DNA from: a virus
Virus record (IMG/VR): IMGVR_UViG_3300000235_000002
DNA length: 64,000 bases
Strand: one strand, 5' to 3'
Under the pieces are notes generated by a model. It was not told the DNA's origin. It saw only the letters and a list, made by a program, of their open reading frames with translations, and did no database searches. Of this stretch, positions 9,638 through 18,824 are shown piece after piece. A program made the position numbers and the translations under genes. Position 1 is the stretch's first letter. Each line of letters starts with the position of its first letter.

Positions 9638-9980
9638 TTATCCACAGGAAAACCAATATCTTTCGTTTTTCGACGAAACAAAAACGTAACATTGACGAAC
9701 AATAAACGAATAATAATACATACTAATATATATATAAGTATATAATATATATATATTTTTTTTATTAAATAGATTATCTTTCGTCAATTTTGTTACAAAT
9801 ATTTCTCAATGAAAAATTCACTCTTGAGATATATTTTGACGAACAATAATTTTTGACAGCATTAAGTTATTGATTTAATTGTATTTTACTGGGAATATCT
9901 TTCGTTTATTGTTCGTAAATGTTTCGTTTATTTTTCGTTTGAAAAACGAAAGATAATTTAGAATTTAATAAAACGAAAGA
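9638..9980. promoter_or_regulatory. Origin-like intergenic region: DnaA box, repeated motifs, AT-rich core
   Basis: TTATCCACA at 9638-9646. ATCTTTCGT at 9658, 9776, 9897 and inverted at 9946. 23-bp inverted repeat 9688-9710 / 9901-9923 (1 mismatch) around a (TA)n-rich core. Confidence 0.5.
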
Positions 9981-10385
9981 AAAGAGATTTTGGGTAAGGC
10001 ATCGTCGGTTGCACACCGAGATACCTGTAACCAGCATACACATATTTTGCTTTGGAAATCAAGTACGTATGCAAAGTTTTTTGTTGGGAGAAAATTAACT
10101 AAAACACGAGTTACGCACTTTTATTTGATCAGAACGGATTACATTAGTACCAATATGGAAAATTCTGCCCGTGATCATATTAAAGTGATCATCAAAGCAC
10201 GTTGGAAAATCAAAGTCTATCAGCGGGAATTGAAATAGAAAAAAGTTAATATTGACATCTAGTCCTTTTCTCTAGGAAACCCGCCTATTTTATGAATTGG
10301 TTAATAAAACTCATATTTTCTCCTTATCAATCATGGAATTATCCATTGAGGTAAGTACCTATATAATTCTAGATAGAAAAACATT

Positions 10386-11738
10386 ATGGGCATCTTGTCT
10401 TCTTTAAATAGAGAACAGAAAGAGGCTGTTGGTCTCTTGCAGATCGGTACTTTTTTAGAGTATTTTGACCTCATGCTATATGTCCACATGGCTGTGTTAC
10501 TCAATGAGCTTTTCTTCCCTAAAACCGATCCTCATACCGCCGCACTTCTTACCGCTTTTGCTTTTTGTTCAACATTTGTTTTTAGGCCTTTTGGCGCCCT
10601 AATTTTTGGATATATTGGAGATCAAATCGGGAGAAAAACTACGGTTATCATCACCACCATCATGATGTCTATTTCATGTGTCATTATGGCAAATTTGCCA
10701 ACATATGCTCAGATAGGAATATCTTCCGCTTGGATTGTCACAATATGTCGTGTGGCACAGGGGCTTTCTTCGATGGGGGAAGTTGTAGGGGCACAGATTT
10801 ACGTAACAGAAATAACAAAGCCGCCGTGTCAATATCCAGCGGTTTCTTTTATTAGCATTGCATCGGCTATAGGTTCTATTATGGCGCTTGGAGTGGCTTC
10901 ATTAGTGACTCATTTTGAGTTTAACTGGCGAATCGCTTTTTGGATTGGAGCAGGGATTGCAGTTGTAGGCTCAATGGCGCGGATGAAACTTCGTGAAACA
11001 CCAGAATTTGTAGATATGAAAAGGAAAAAACAAAAAGAGATAGAACAATATGAATCCAACGAAAAAGTCAAACTTTCAAAGTTTCAACGTCTCAAAAAAC
11101 AAGTTCAACAAGAAAAAATAAGCAAAAAAAATCTAGCTGCTTATTTTTTTATTAATTGTGGGTGGCCTTTATCTTTTTATCTTACTTATATGTACTTTAA
11201 TCCATTACTGAAAGAAAACTATTATTATTCTGCAGAAGATATTATCTTCCACAATTTTTTAGTATCCATTAGCGTTTTTATGTTTGATGTACTTTGGACA
11301 TTTCTGAGCTATAAAGTTCACCCCCTAAAAATACTAAAAGGAAGAGGTATGATACTTCTTATCTTTTTTTGTTTATTCCCTTTCTTAATTGTAAACACTA
11401 CCCACCATTTTCAGATTTTTGGGTTGCAAGCTTTTCTCTTAATCCTTTCTTTGGCTCAAATGCCTGCTGCTTCTGTTTTTATAAAATATTTTCCTGTTTT
11501 TAAGAGGTTTACAGCAACAAGTTTTACATATGCGGTTACGCGGGCTCTGATGTATATCCTCACTTCTTTTGGGCTTGTATATCTCACAGAAGCATTTGGA
11601 CACTATGGTCTTTGGTTAATTATGTTGCCTGTAACAATATTATTTTTATGGGGTGTAAATCATTTCATCAAGCTAGAAAAAGAAGCTGGTAATTTTCCTG
11701 AATCTTCTTCCTCAAAGAAAGTCTTATTAACGGGATAA
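10386..11738 (+). CDS. MFS transporter, ProP/MHS-like metabolite:H+ symporter
   Basis: GTFLEYFDLMLY, FRPFGALIFGYIGDQIGRK, LRETPEF motifs; about 12 hydrophobic segments. Confidence 0.93.
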   Translation: MGILSSLNREQKEAVGLLQIGTFLEYFDLMLYVHMAVLLNELFFPKTDPHTAALLTAFAFCSTFVFRPFGALIFGYIGDQIGRKTTVIITTIMMSISCVIMANLPTYAQIGISSAWIVTICRVAQGLSSMGEVVGAQIYVTEITKPPCQYPAVSFISIASAIGSIMALGVASLVTHFEFNWRIAFWIGAGIAVVGSMARMKLRETPEFVDMKRKKQKEIEQYESNEKVKLSKFQRLKKQVQQEKISKKNLAAYFFINCGWPLSFYLTYMYFNPLLKENYYYSAEDIIFHNFLVSISVFMFDVLWTFLSYKVHPLKILKGRGMILLIFFCLFPFLIVNTTHHFQIFGLQAFLLILSLAQMPAASVFIKYFPVFKRFTATSFTYAVTRALMYILTSFGLVYLTEAFGHYGLWLIMLPVTILFLWGVNHFIKLEKEAGNFPESSSSKKVLLTG

Positions 11739-11796
11739 GTTGTTAAAAAATTATGCTTATTTTTTCCTAATTTTTTAAAAAGCCGTCGGCTAGGCA

Positions 11797-11934
11797 ATGG
11801 GAATTGTAGTTGTGGGTTCAGTAGCCAGAACGCGGCTTAGAGAAACGGCTGAGTTTTTAAATGGTAAAAAAGAAGGAGAGAAAAAATTATTTTTTGATGG
11901 AGATTTTCATGTCGATTTTTCAAAAACCAAGTAA
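11797..11934 (+). pseudogene. Relic fragment of a second MFS paralogue
   Basis: Reads MGIVVVGSVARTRLRETAEF..., matching GIAVVGSMARMKLRETPEF of the upstream MFS. Confidence 0.65.
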
Positions 11935-12544
11935 TTTAGTTTTTTTTCTTGATGCCTTCATCGCATATGCCAACTTTTTTTACGGGAAAGAGATGGCGAA
12001 AAAAATATACGTTTACTACATGGACAATTCAGAGGTAGTTTCTACAAACATCAAGCACAATAGTATTGGATCTGGTGAATTTTTCATTGAAACTCGCAAT
12101 ATCATTCAAATGATTGAATGCAACATTTTGAAAGAAAAAGAAAGTATATACTTCATGGAATATCCGTATATTAACTCACCAGAAACCTGTGTCCAATACA
12201 ATGACTTTCTCAAAATTAAACACATATTTTATTCTTCGAGAGGTGAGCCTATTTTTGATGGCGCGCATCCAACACGACTATTTTTTTCTAAATCTGTTTT
12301 GAATTATTTGACAAAAGAAGAGGATTTTTCGTTAAGACTAAATGATTTCGTGAGAAGAAAAATGGAATTGAAAAGATTATTGTACGACAATGAAGCAGAA
12401 ATCATTGATCAATACAAAAAACCATTCATAGAATTGAGTAGAAATCAATTTCGTGAGTGCATTTCCGTTTTTTTGAAACGGCCAGATAGTCAAAATCTAA
12501 TCGACAACTTGTGGCAAGATGTAAGAATAGACAGTTTTGACTAA
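11909..12544 (+). CDS. Hypothetical protein (~211 aa; track start 11861)
   Basis: Long AT-rich ORF; GGAG RBS ahead of ATG 11909; no recognised motif. Confidence 0.6.
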   Translation: MSIFQKPSNLVFFLDAFIAYANFFYGKEMAKKIYVYYMDNSEVVSTNIKHNSIGSGEFFIETRNIIQMIECNILKEKESIYFMEYPYINSPETCVQYNDFLKIKHIFYSSRGEPIFDGAHPTRLFFSKSVLNYLTKEEDFSLRLNDFVRRKMELKRLLYDNEAEIIDQYKKPFIELSRNQFRECISVFLKRPDSQNLIDNLWQDVRIDSFD

Positions 12545-12598
12545 TTAATTTTAATTTTTTTAAAAAAAATATTGTTTTTAGGTTTTTTCAAAATGGCT

Positions 12599-12754
12599 GG
12601 AAACCGTAAAACAGCCAAAAAATCGGAAACCGGTAACCGCTTCAAAAACACAAATTAAGTTATTGCCTTTAAACGATTTTTTAAATTATTTATATTTTTT
12701 ATTTGCTATTTTTTCCGATCGGTTGCCGGAAAATGCCTAAAAATCCGGAAACCG
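12599..12754. repeat. Cluster of GG[ATC]AACCG motifs around an AT-rich spacer, upstream of the primase operon
   Basis: GGAAACCG at 12599, 12625, 12747; GGTAACCG at 12632; inverted CGGTTGCC at 12720. Confidence 0.5.
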
Positions 12755-12833
12755 GCTCAAATCCACACAAATCATTTTTTTTATGCTTTACTAGTTTCCA
12801 CTATTTGAGGTTTTCGCCTCAAGAACGCAAAAA

Positions 12834-13040
12834 GTGGAACACGTAATGTTTAAAAAATTCATTGATGAACTCATCGTGCTGGATGAGTGTTCAGGTAAAG
12901 ACATTGAGTATCTCAAGGCTCTAAAAAAAGAAGATTTTAAAAGTATTTTGACGCGCATTGATATTGCTCACGCATGGATGCATGGCATTAGCTATTTAAG
13001 AAATGATTTGCCTTGTCGTAAATGCGGAGAGTGTCAATGA
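12834..13040 (+). CDS. Small hypothetical protein
   Basis: First ORF of the operon; stop overlaps the primase ATG (ATGA). Confidence 0.5.
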   Translation: MEHVMFKKFIDELIVLDECSGKDIEYLKALKKEDFKSILTRIDIAHAWMHGISYLRNDLPCRKCGECQ

Positions 13041-15385
13041 CCTTTTCCACGTTGCAAATATCGTTTTTCCAAAGCCTTGAAAACGTTCATCCTCAATTGA
13101 AAGAAATGTCTTGGCAATCGGTGTGTGACTACTTCACGCCGCAATTTCCACCCGTGCTTAGTCAAGAAGAAAGAAGATCAAGAGGACGACCTTTTTCTTT
13201 CAATATTTACAAACCCGACACGACACGTAAGAAAGAGAACGTATCGTTGATGACGGGGCTTGTTCTCGACTTCGACAACAAAGACGAGTTCGTGCCGGTT
13301 GCCGATGTCTTAAAGATTTTAGATCGTCACGGACTGATTCATGTTTGGTATTCCACTTGGTCAGATACGCCTGCAGTACCTCGTTGGCGACTGATCATTC
13401 CATTCTTGACACCGATTCCCGTTTCTGAATGGAAATCCCTTTATGATAAAATGATCATTCTTCTTGGTAATCCACCCGGGATAGATCATCAAGCCGGTAT
13501 GGATGTATCTCGTGTTTGGGCATCACCGTGCGTGAGAGTCTGTGGAACACTCAAGGCTCAAGCGTGTCGTACGGGATCGTTTTTAGATGCCGAGCGTGTT
13601 GATCAACTGCTGACATCTGACCAGAAAGAACAATATGATCGCCGACAGACTAAGAAGTCCGCTGAAACACATGACTTCCGTTCGTTCAACGATTTTCCTG
13701 ACGTTCAATACGGTGATATCACCGATATGCTGCAGTTCATTAGTCCTGATTGTGACTACAATACATGGATTCGTATCGGTATGGCCTTGCATCGCCATTT
13801 TGGAGGCACGACAACTGCTTTTGATATGTGGTCTAACTGGTCGCGTTGGTCAAAAAAATTCGAAGGTGAAAATAATCTTCTTTCACATTGGAGCAGCTTC
13901 TCGATGAAAGGTAATGCCATTGGTATCGGCACGCTCATCCACTACGCGAGAGAGAACGGCTATGATAGGTTTCCGAAAACCTATATCGCTCAAAAACCGT
14001 CTTTTGTGGAACAGAGAATCGACTTAAGGAAGTACGATGCTCCGGAGGAAGTTTTTCCAACTACCCCGGCTTTCAACATGCCGCCACAAGATGAAGCAAT
14101 AGAGGTTGTGGCGGCAAGTGAAGAGATTGGAAATCCGGAACTGTTTGACTTTTCGGAGTTCGTTAAGAAAGACATTCTTGACTTTCCAACCATTTTTTTG
14201 AAAGAGACTTACGGATTTTTGTTAAACTCTTCGAGTTATATAAATCCATTGTATGCTCTTTCATCAACGATCGTACTCGGTGGATTTCTTTTACGCAAGT
14301 TGATTTCAAAAAAAGGGAGAGAAGAAAGTCACACGAATTTCATGACGTTAGCGATCGGACAAAGCGGCACGGGAAAAACGCAGATACTCAAAGGCGTTCA
14401 AAAAATACTCACTGAGCTTGATCAAGAAAAACACTACACTCACTCGCTTGGAACTATCCAAGGTGCCTTGGAGGTTATTAAACAGCAAAAGGGCAGCATG
14501 TTTTTAATCCAGGATGAAGCGTCTTACGTTTTCAAGGCAATGAAGAACAGAAACATCAGCGTTCACGAAATGTTCATTGAGAAATTCAAGCTTGAAATGT
14601 TTAGCATGCCTGACTTTTACACGCCGCCTGCTACCAAAAGTACTGATATGACTCCGATCAAAAATCCGTTCTTCTGTGAAATTTCATTTTCGACACCCGA
14701 CATCCTGAAATATCTGTCACCAGAAGACTATGGAAAAGGCTTGCTACCGAGATATCTCGTCTTTCATGACACCGGCACAAATCGAATTCCAAATCCTACT
14801 CGCAATCTGATTGTTTCTGAAGATCTGAAGCTGCTTTTGAGAGAATACAGTACGATATCATTTCAATTTTCACCGGGGGTCGTGTTCGACACTGAGGCTG
14901 ACGCGGCATTGACCAAATTCAAAGAAAAGATTGATGAAACACGTAGCCTGATTCTTGAGCGTGAAGATCATCACTACTTAATGATGGATGCAACGCTTGG
15001 AAGAGTCCTTGAGCATGCAGCAAAATTATCGCTGTTAGGTGCCGAAAGAAGAAGCGGTAGTTACGTGATCACACAAGAGGCCGTTGAATGGGGAATTGCC
15101 GTTTCGGTTCATTCATTCAATACACTAATCGCCATGATCGAAAACGGCATCTATGAAAATTACGTCGAAGAAATGCGCGCACGTGTTCTTGGCATTGTTG
15201 AAAAAGCATCAAACGGCGAATGGATAACAAAATCTAGGATTAGCAAAAGCATTAAATTTCTCACATCTAAACAGATCAACGATCATCTTTTTAAATTGAA
15301 CGAAGAAGAAGTGATTCAGATTCAGTCCACAGGAAATCGTATTAAAATTAAATCGAACAAAAGAAAGGCAAAGAAAAAAGCATGA
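13037..15385 (+). CDS. Primase-helicase (AEP/prim-pol-like N-terminus, PriCT-2-like domain, P-loop ATPase; track start 13022)
   Basis: GLVLDFDN and YSTWS...PRWRLIIPF primase motifs; DYNTWIRIGMALH...FDMWSNWS PriCT-2 motif; GQSGTGKT Walker A; IQDE Walker B. Confidence 0.85.
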   Translation: MTFSTLQISFFQSLENVHPQLKEMSWQSVCDYFTPQFPPVLSQEERRSRGRPFSFNIYKPDTTRKKENVSLMTGLVLDFDNKDEFVPVADVLKILDRHGLIHVWYSTWSDTPAVPRWRLIIPFLTPIPVSEWKSLYDKMIILLGNPPGIDHQAGMDVSRVWASPCVRVCGTLKAQACRTGSFLDAERVDQLLTSDQKEQYDRRQTKKSAETHDFRSFNDFPDVQYGDITDMLQFISPDCDYNTWIRIGMALHRHFGGTTTAFDMWSNWSRWSKKFEGENNLLSHWSSFSMKGNAIGIGTLIHYARENGYDRFPKTYIAQKPSFVEQRIDLRKYDAPEEVFPTTPAFNMPPQDEAIEVVAASEEIGNPELFDFSEFVKKDILDFPTIFLKETYGFLLNSSSYINPLYALSSTIVLGGFLLRKLISKKGREESHTNFMTLAIGQSGTGKTQILKGVQKILTELDQEKHYTHSLGTIQGALEVIKQQKGSMFLIQDEASYVFKAMKNRNISVHEMFIEKFKLEMFSMPDFYTPPATKSTDMTPIKNPFFCEISFSTPDILKYLSPEDYGKGLLPRYLVFHDTGTNRIPNPTRNLIVSEDLKLLLREYSTISFQFSPGVVFDTEADAALTKFKEKIDETRSLILEREDHHYLMMDATLGRVLEHAAKLSLLGAERRSGSYVITQEAVEWGIAVSVHSFNTLIAMIENGIYENYVEEMRARVLGIVEKASNGEWITKSRISKSIKFLTSKQINDHLFKLNEEEVIQIQSTGNRIKIKSNKRKAKKKA

Positions 15386-16188
15386 CCGATCTAACTAGTC
15401 TTAAAGAGGCTAAATCCGTCTTCCAATACATGCCGCCGATGTTGCTCATCTACGGCAGAAACGGAATCGGAAAATCCTATTTTGCATCGCAGTTCAAGAA
15501 TCCCGTGTTTTTGGATTTAGACAAAAACATCTATGAACTTTCGGTTGATTCCAATCGATCTTTTGGCATTGAACTTGAGACGATCACCGATGTTTTAGAC
15601 TTTCTCAACCGTCTCATCAATGAAGAGCATGAACATGAGACGATCGTAATTGATTCATTGAGTTCACTGGAAAGGCTCATTGAGCGACACATCTTGAAAA
15701 CCAAAAACGCCAAGTCACTGGCGGAATTTCAATACGGTCAAGGCTATCAAATGATGATGCCTTTGTGGGAGCAGTTCTTGAGTAAAATGATGATTTTACG
15801 TACCCAAAGGAAGCTCACCGTTCTCATGCTTGGACACTACAAGGAAAAACGAGATCCCAATCTGCTTGGCGATGGATACCAGCAATATCAGATCGATCTC
15901 TATGAGAAAGCGACAAAGCTGCTGGTCAACAGTTGTTCTGCCGTCCTGTTTGCGGACTACAAGGTGGATGTCATCCATTACAAAGAAAAGTTCGGACAGG
16001 AAGTAGCCAAGGTGAGAGGTTCTGAACGCCGACTTTTCACCGATGAAGGCGTTCGGTTCATGGCGAAGAATACCTATGGCATGCCATATGATATTCCGAT
16101 GTCTTATGACGTTCTTGCAGATTACGTGCGAGAACATTTTTTAAAACTAAAAGAAACCTTCAATAATCGTTCAACAAAAGGAAATTAA
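15382..16188 (+). CDS. AAA-family ATPase, Sak4-like recombination protein
   Basis: LLIYGRNGIGKS Walker A, TIVIDSLS Walker B, VLMLGH, MAKN motifs. Confidence 0.82.
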   Translation: MTDLTSLKEAKSVFQYMPPMLLIYGRNGIGKSYFASQFKNPVFLDLDKNIYELSVDSNRSFGIELETITDVLDFLNRLINEEHEHETIVIDSLSSLERLIERHILKTKNAKSLAEFQYGQGYQMMMPLWEQFLSKMMILRTQRKLTVLMLGHYKEKRDPNLLGDGYQQYQIDLYEKATKLLVNSCSAVLFADYKVDVIHYKEKFGQEVAKVRGSERRLFTDEGVRFMAKNTYGMPYDIPMSYDVLADYVREHFLKLKETFNNRSTKGN

Positions 16189-16191
16189 ACA

Positions 16192-16674
16192 ATGGCAACA
16201 TTTACTTTTACACAATCTTCATATGATCCGGATGCAATTCTAGATGAAGGCATGCACCGTGCAACAATTTCAGAATTTAGAAATGTATACGACTTTGACG
16301 AAAACAACTCGTTGGTGGAAGTTAAGTGGAAAATTAACGGTTTTACCATTACTGAAAAGCTCAAGATCAATCATGCAGATGACCGCAAAAAAGGTTTTTT
16401 CCAATGGAAGCTTCGCAATATTGTCGCGGCGTTAGGACTACCTGCGGTGCCTGAAAAAAAACCAGGTGAAGACATCCAATGTGACTTTGATGCCGTTGGA
16501 AAGTCTTGCATGGTTGCAGTCGAACACTTTGTTATGAATAACGGCAACAAAATCGCCACCATTAAAAACTACATCGCCGAAACACCGGAAAAACAATATC
16601 AAGGAACAGGGATTCAAGCACCACAAAAACCCGCACCGACTCAACCTTTAGTTGATGATGCAATTCCATTTTAA
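16192..16674 (+). CDS. Phage ssDNA-binding protein-like (DUF669-like)
   Basis: Follows the Sak4-like gene; OB-fold-like body with acidic DDAIPF C-terminus. Confidence 0.7.
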   Translation: MATFTFTQSSYDPDAILDEGMHRATISEFRNVYDFDENNSLVEVKWKINGFTITEKLKINHADDRKKGFFQWKLRNIVAALGLPAVPEKKPGEDIQCDFDAVGKSCMVAVEHFVMNNGNKIATIKNYIAETPEKQYQGTGIQAPQKPAPTQPLVDDAIPF

Positions 16675-16708
16675 ATTAAAAAATATATAAAAAATAAGGA
16701 TTAAAATA

Positions 16709-17386
16709 ATGTTTAATTTTAACACGAAGCTTTTGAAAAAGATAGAAGACGAAAAAAACAATCATATACAAATGTTTCAGGAATTGAAGGAAGAACTTGA
16801 TGCCATCAAAAAGGATTTTAATATTTTTGATGAGAAAATTTCACAATTCAAAGCAACCGACTACGTAAAAAGTCCGGAAATAGTAAATATTATTAGGTCG
16901 GAAATATTTGAGGCTGCTAAAAAACTCCCTAAAATTAGGGATACATCCGTCAGCAAACCTGTTCCCACAGGAAATACTGACGAATACAAAAATCTGCCAA
17001 CGTTCCTCACTTGTTTTGAATTTGCCAGAGTCCTAGGGATTAATATTTCTCAATTTTTCAATAGAAAAAAACAAATAGACCAAAAAGTCCGCTGCTACAA
17101 TTTTGGAAAGAAAACATACAGGTACTACAAAAAAGATGTTTTAGGCTTCATTAAACACAAAAATACAGAAGACGATATATTTATTTTGCTGAAAAACAGC
17201 AAAGATCATCGCATATCAAGAAAAGATTTGATTAGTCTCCTATCCATTTCTTCGTCGGTATTCTACAGGGAACAAAAACGCATAGAAAAAATCATTTCAC
17301 CAATCGAGGTGTCAAAAAAGCTAATTTTTTACAAAAACACAGATGTCATCAACTTTCTTAAAAGAGGGGGCTTGAATGATCATTAA
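16709..17386 (+). CDS. DNA-binding protein with two AlpA/Xis-like winged-HTH repeats
   Basis: FLTCFEFARVLGINISQFF...YRYYKKDVLGFI and ISRKDLISLLSISSSVFY...IFYKNTDVINFL after an N-terminal coiled coil. Confidence 0.55.
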   Translation: MFNFNTKLLKKIEDEKNNHIQMFQELKEELDAIKKDFNIFDEKISQFKATDYVKSPEIVNIIRSEIFEAAKKLPKIRDTSVSKPVPTGNTDEYKNLPTFLTCFEFARVLGINISQFFNRKKQIDQKVRCYNFGKKTYRYYKKDVLGFIKHKNTEDDIFILLKNSKDHRISRKDLISLLSISSSVFYREQKRIEKIISPIEVSKKLIFYKNTDVINFLKRGGLNDH

Positions 17387-17486
17387 AAACCCCCGCTGGT
17401 GGTTTGAGTGGATATATGACACATATCCAACTAAATCACCTCTGATGATCACCAACGTTAGATTCTTCATCATCGAAAGACTGTGA
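17376..17486 (+). CDS. Possible 36-aa small protein (below track cut-off)
   Basis: Purine-rich RBS; fills the gap between flanking genes exactly. Confidence 0.35.
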   Translation: MIIKNPRWWFEWIYDTYPTKSPLMITNVRFFIIERL

Positions 17487-17487
17487 T

Positions 17488-18198
17488 ATGGAAAAAACGT
17501 TAAGACTCATACGCGAGTTGGAAAAGCTAACAACCGTTACTAATCCACGCGGCTATATAGGCTGCTCTGTCATTGGTCATGAGTGTGATCGCTATATCTG
17601 GCTAAACAAGTATGGAAAGCTCACATATGAGATTCCATTTAGGCTTGGAAGGATTTTTGAACGCGGCAATCTTGAGGAGGAGAGAATTTTCTCTTCCATC
17701 AAGAAACTTTCTTGCGTTGAACTGATCTCAACGCAACTATCTTTCGCGAGCAGTATTTTGCAAGGAAGTTGTGACGGTGTCATCAAAGACAAACAAGGGA
17801 ATCAATACATTCTGGAACTCAAGACCATTAATGACGGCAACTTCAAAAGACTCAAGAAACACGGTCTTTCCAAAAGTAACGTAACGTACTGGTCTCAGTG
17901 TCAGGCTTACATGCATCTTGCTCACCAAACAAACCAGATAGAAAATATCCGTCTATGGTCGCCCGTTCAAGGCTTGATCTTCCTAGTCGTCAACAAGAAC
18001 GATGAATCAATGTATGAGGAATTCATTGAATACGATCCTATTTTTGGTGAAGGACTTGTTGCTAAGGCAAATCGGATTGACGGGCTAGAAGAAATGCCGG
18101 ACGGAATATTCTCTGTCGAGAAGAAGCCGCAAGCCTGCTTCACCTGCTCATTCCACAAACATTGCTATGGAGAAACAGATGCTCAAACCAATAAGTAA
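17488..18198 (+). CDS. Cas4-like / PD-(D/E)XK phage exonuclease
   Basis: N-terminal Cys, CDG, LELKT, QCQAY and C-terminal CxxCxxxxxC (Fe-S cluster pattern). Confidence 0.82.
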   Translation: MEKTLRLIRELEKLTTVTNPRGYIGCSVIGHECDRYIWLNKYGKLTYEIPFRLGRIFERGNLEEERIFSSIKKLSCVELISTQLSFASSILQGSCDGVIKDKQGNQYILELKTINDGNFKRLKKHGLSKSNVTYWSQCQAYMHLAHQTNQIENIRLWSPVQGLIFLVVNKNDESMYEEFIEYDPIFGEGLVAKANRIDGLEEMPDGIFSVEKKPQACFTCSFHKHCYGETDAQTNK

Positions 18199-18358
18199 AG
18201 TTTGGCAAATCGTCCTGGAGAAGTTCCTTATAAAATATCCTAAACATTCAAGATCATTAGAGGTGAATCGCGGGTATAAAACAAGAAATCGACTAAGAAG
18301 AAATAAACAAAAGAGATGGCAAAAAATCAAAGAAACGATAGAGAAATACGATGTCTAA
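18179..18358 (+). CDS. Small basic hypothetical protein
   Basis: GGAG RBS before ATG 18179; overlaps both neighbours. Confidence 0.4.
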   Translation: MLKPISKVWQIVLEKFLIKYPKHSRSLEVNRGYKTRNRLRRNKQKRWQKIKETIEKYDV

Positions 18359-18824
18359 AATGAACATACTTGCACTTGATCTCGGCACAAAAACAGGCTG
18401 GGCACTTTCAACCAACGGTTTGATTTTGTTTGGTAGAGAAAACTTCCAAGCAGATAGATTTTCCGGTGGTGGCATGCGATTCTTGAAGTTTCAACGATGG
18501 TTAGATAATATCCACACCATTCGTGAAGGTATCACAGAGATCTGCTTCGAGGAAGTAAGGCGGCACCTTGGTACCGATGCAGCACATGTTTACGGCGGTA
18601 TGCTTGCAGTGTTAACATCATGGTGTGAAGATCACAAAATTCCTTATCAAGGAGTGCCGGTTAAAACAATAAAAAAACACATGACCGACAATGGTGGTGC
18701 ATCCAAGAAAGAAGTGATTGCTGCGGTCAGAGAAAAGGGACATGAGACAAAAGACGATAATGAAGCAGATGCAATCGCTTTGCTGTACTGGAGACTCAAT
18801 AGTGAAAGCGAGTCTTTCCAATGA
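18351..18824 (+). CDS. RuvC-like Holliday junction resolvase
   Basis: ILALDLGTKTGWA, ICFEEV, DDNEADAIALL catalytic motifs. Confidence 0.85.
   Translation: MSKMNILALDLGTKTGWALSTNGLILFGRENFQADRFSGGGMRFLKFQRWLDNIHTIREGITEICFEEVRRHLGTDAAHVYGGMLAVLTSWCEDHKIPYQGVPVKTIKKHMTDNGGASKKEVIAAVREKGHETKDDNEADAIALLYWRLNSESESFQ

Noticed and set aside
9990-10238. 82-aa ORF upstream of the MFS gene
   Set aside because: TTG start, no RBS or motif, in a regulatory AT-rich gap; cannot support it as a gene.
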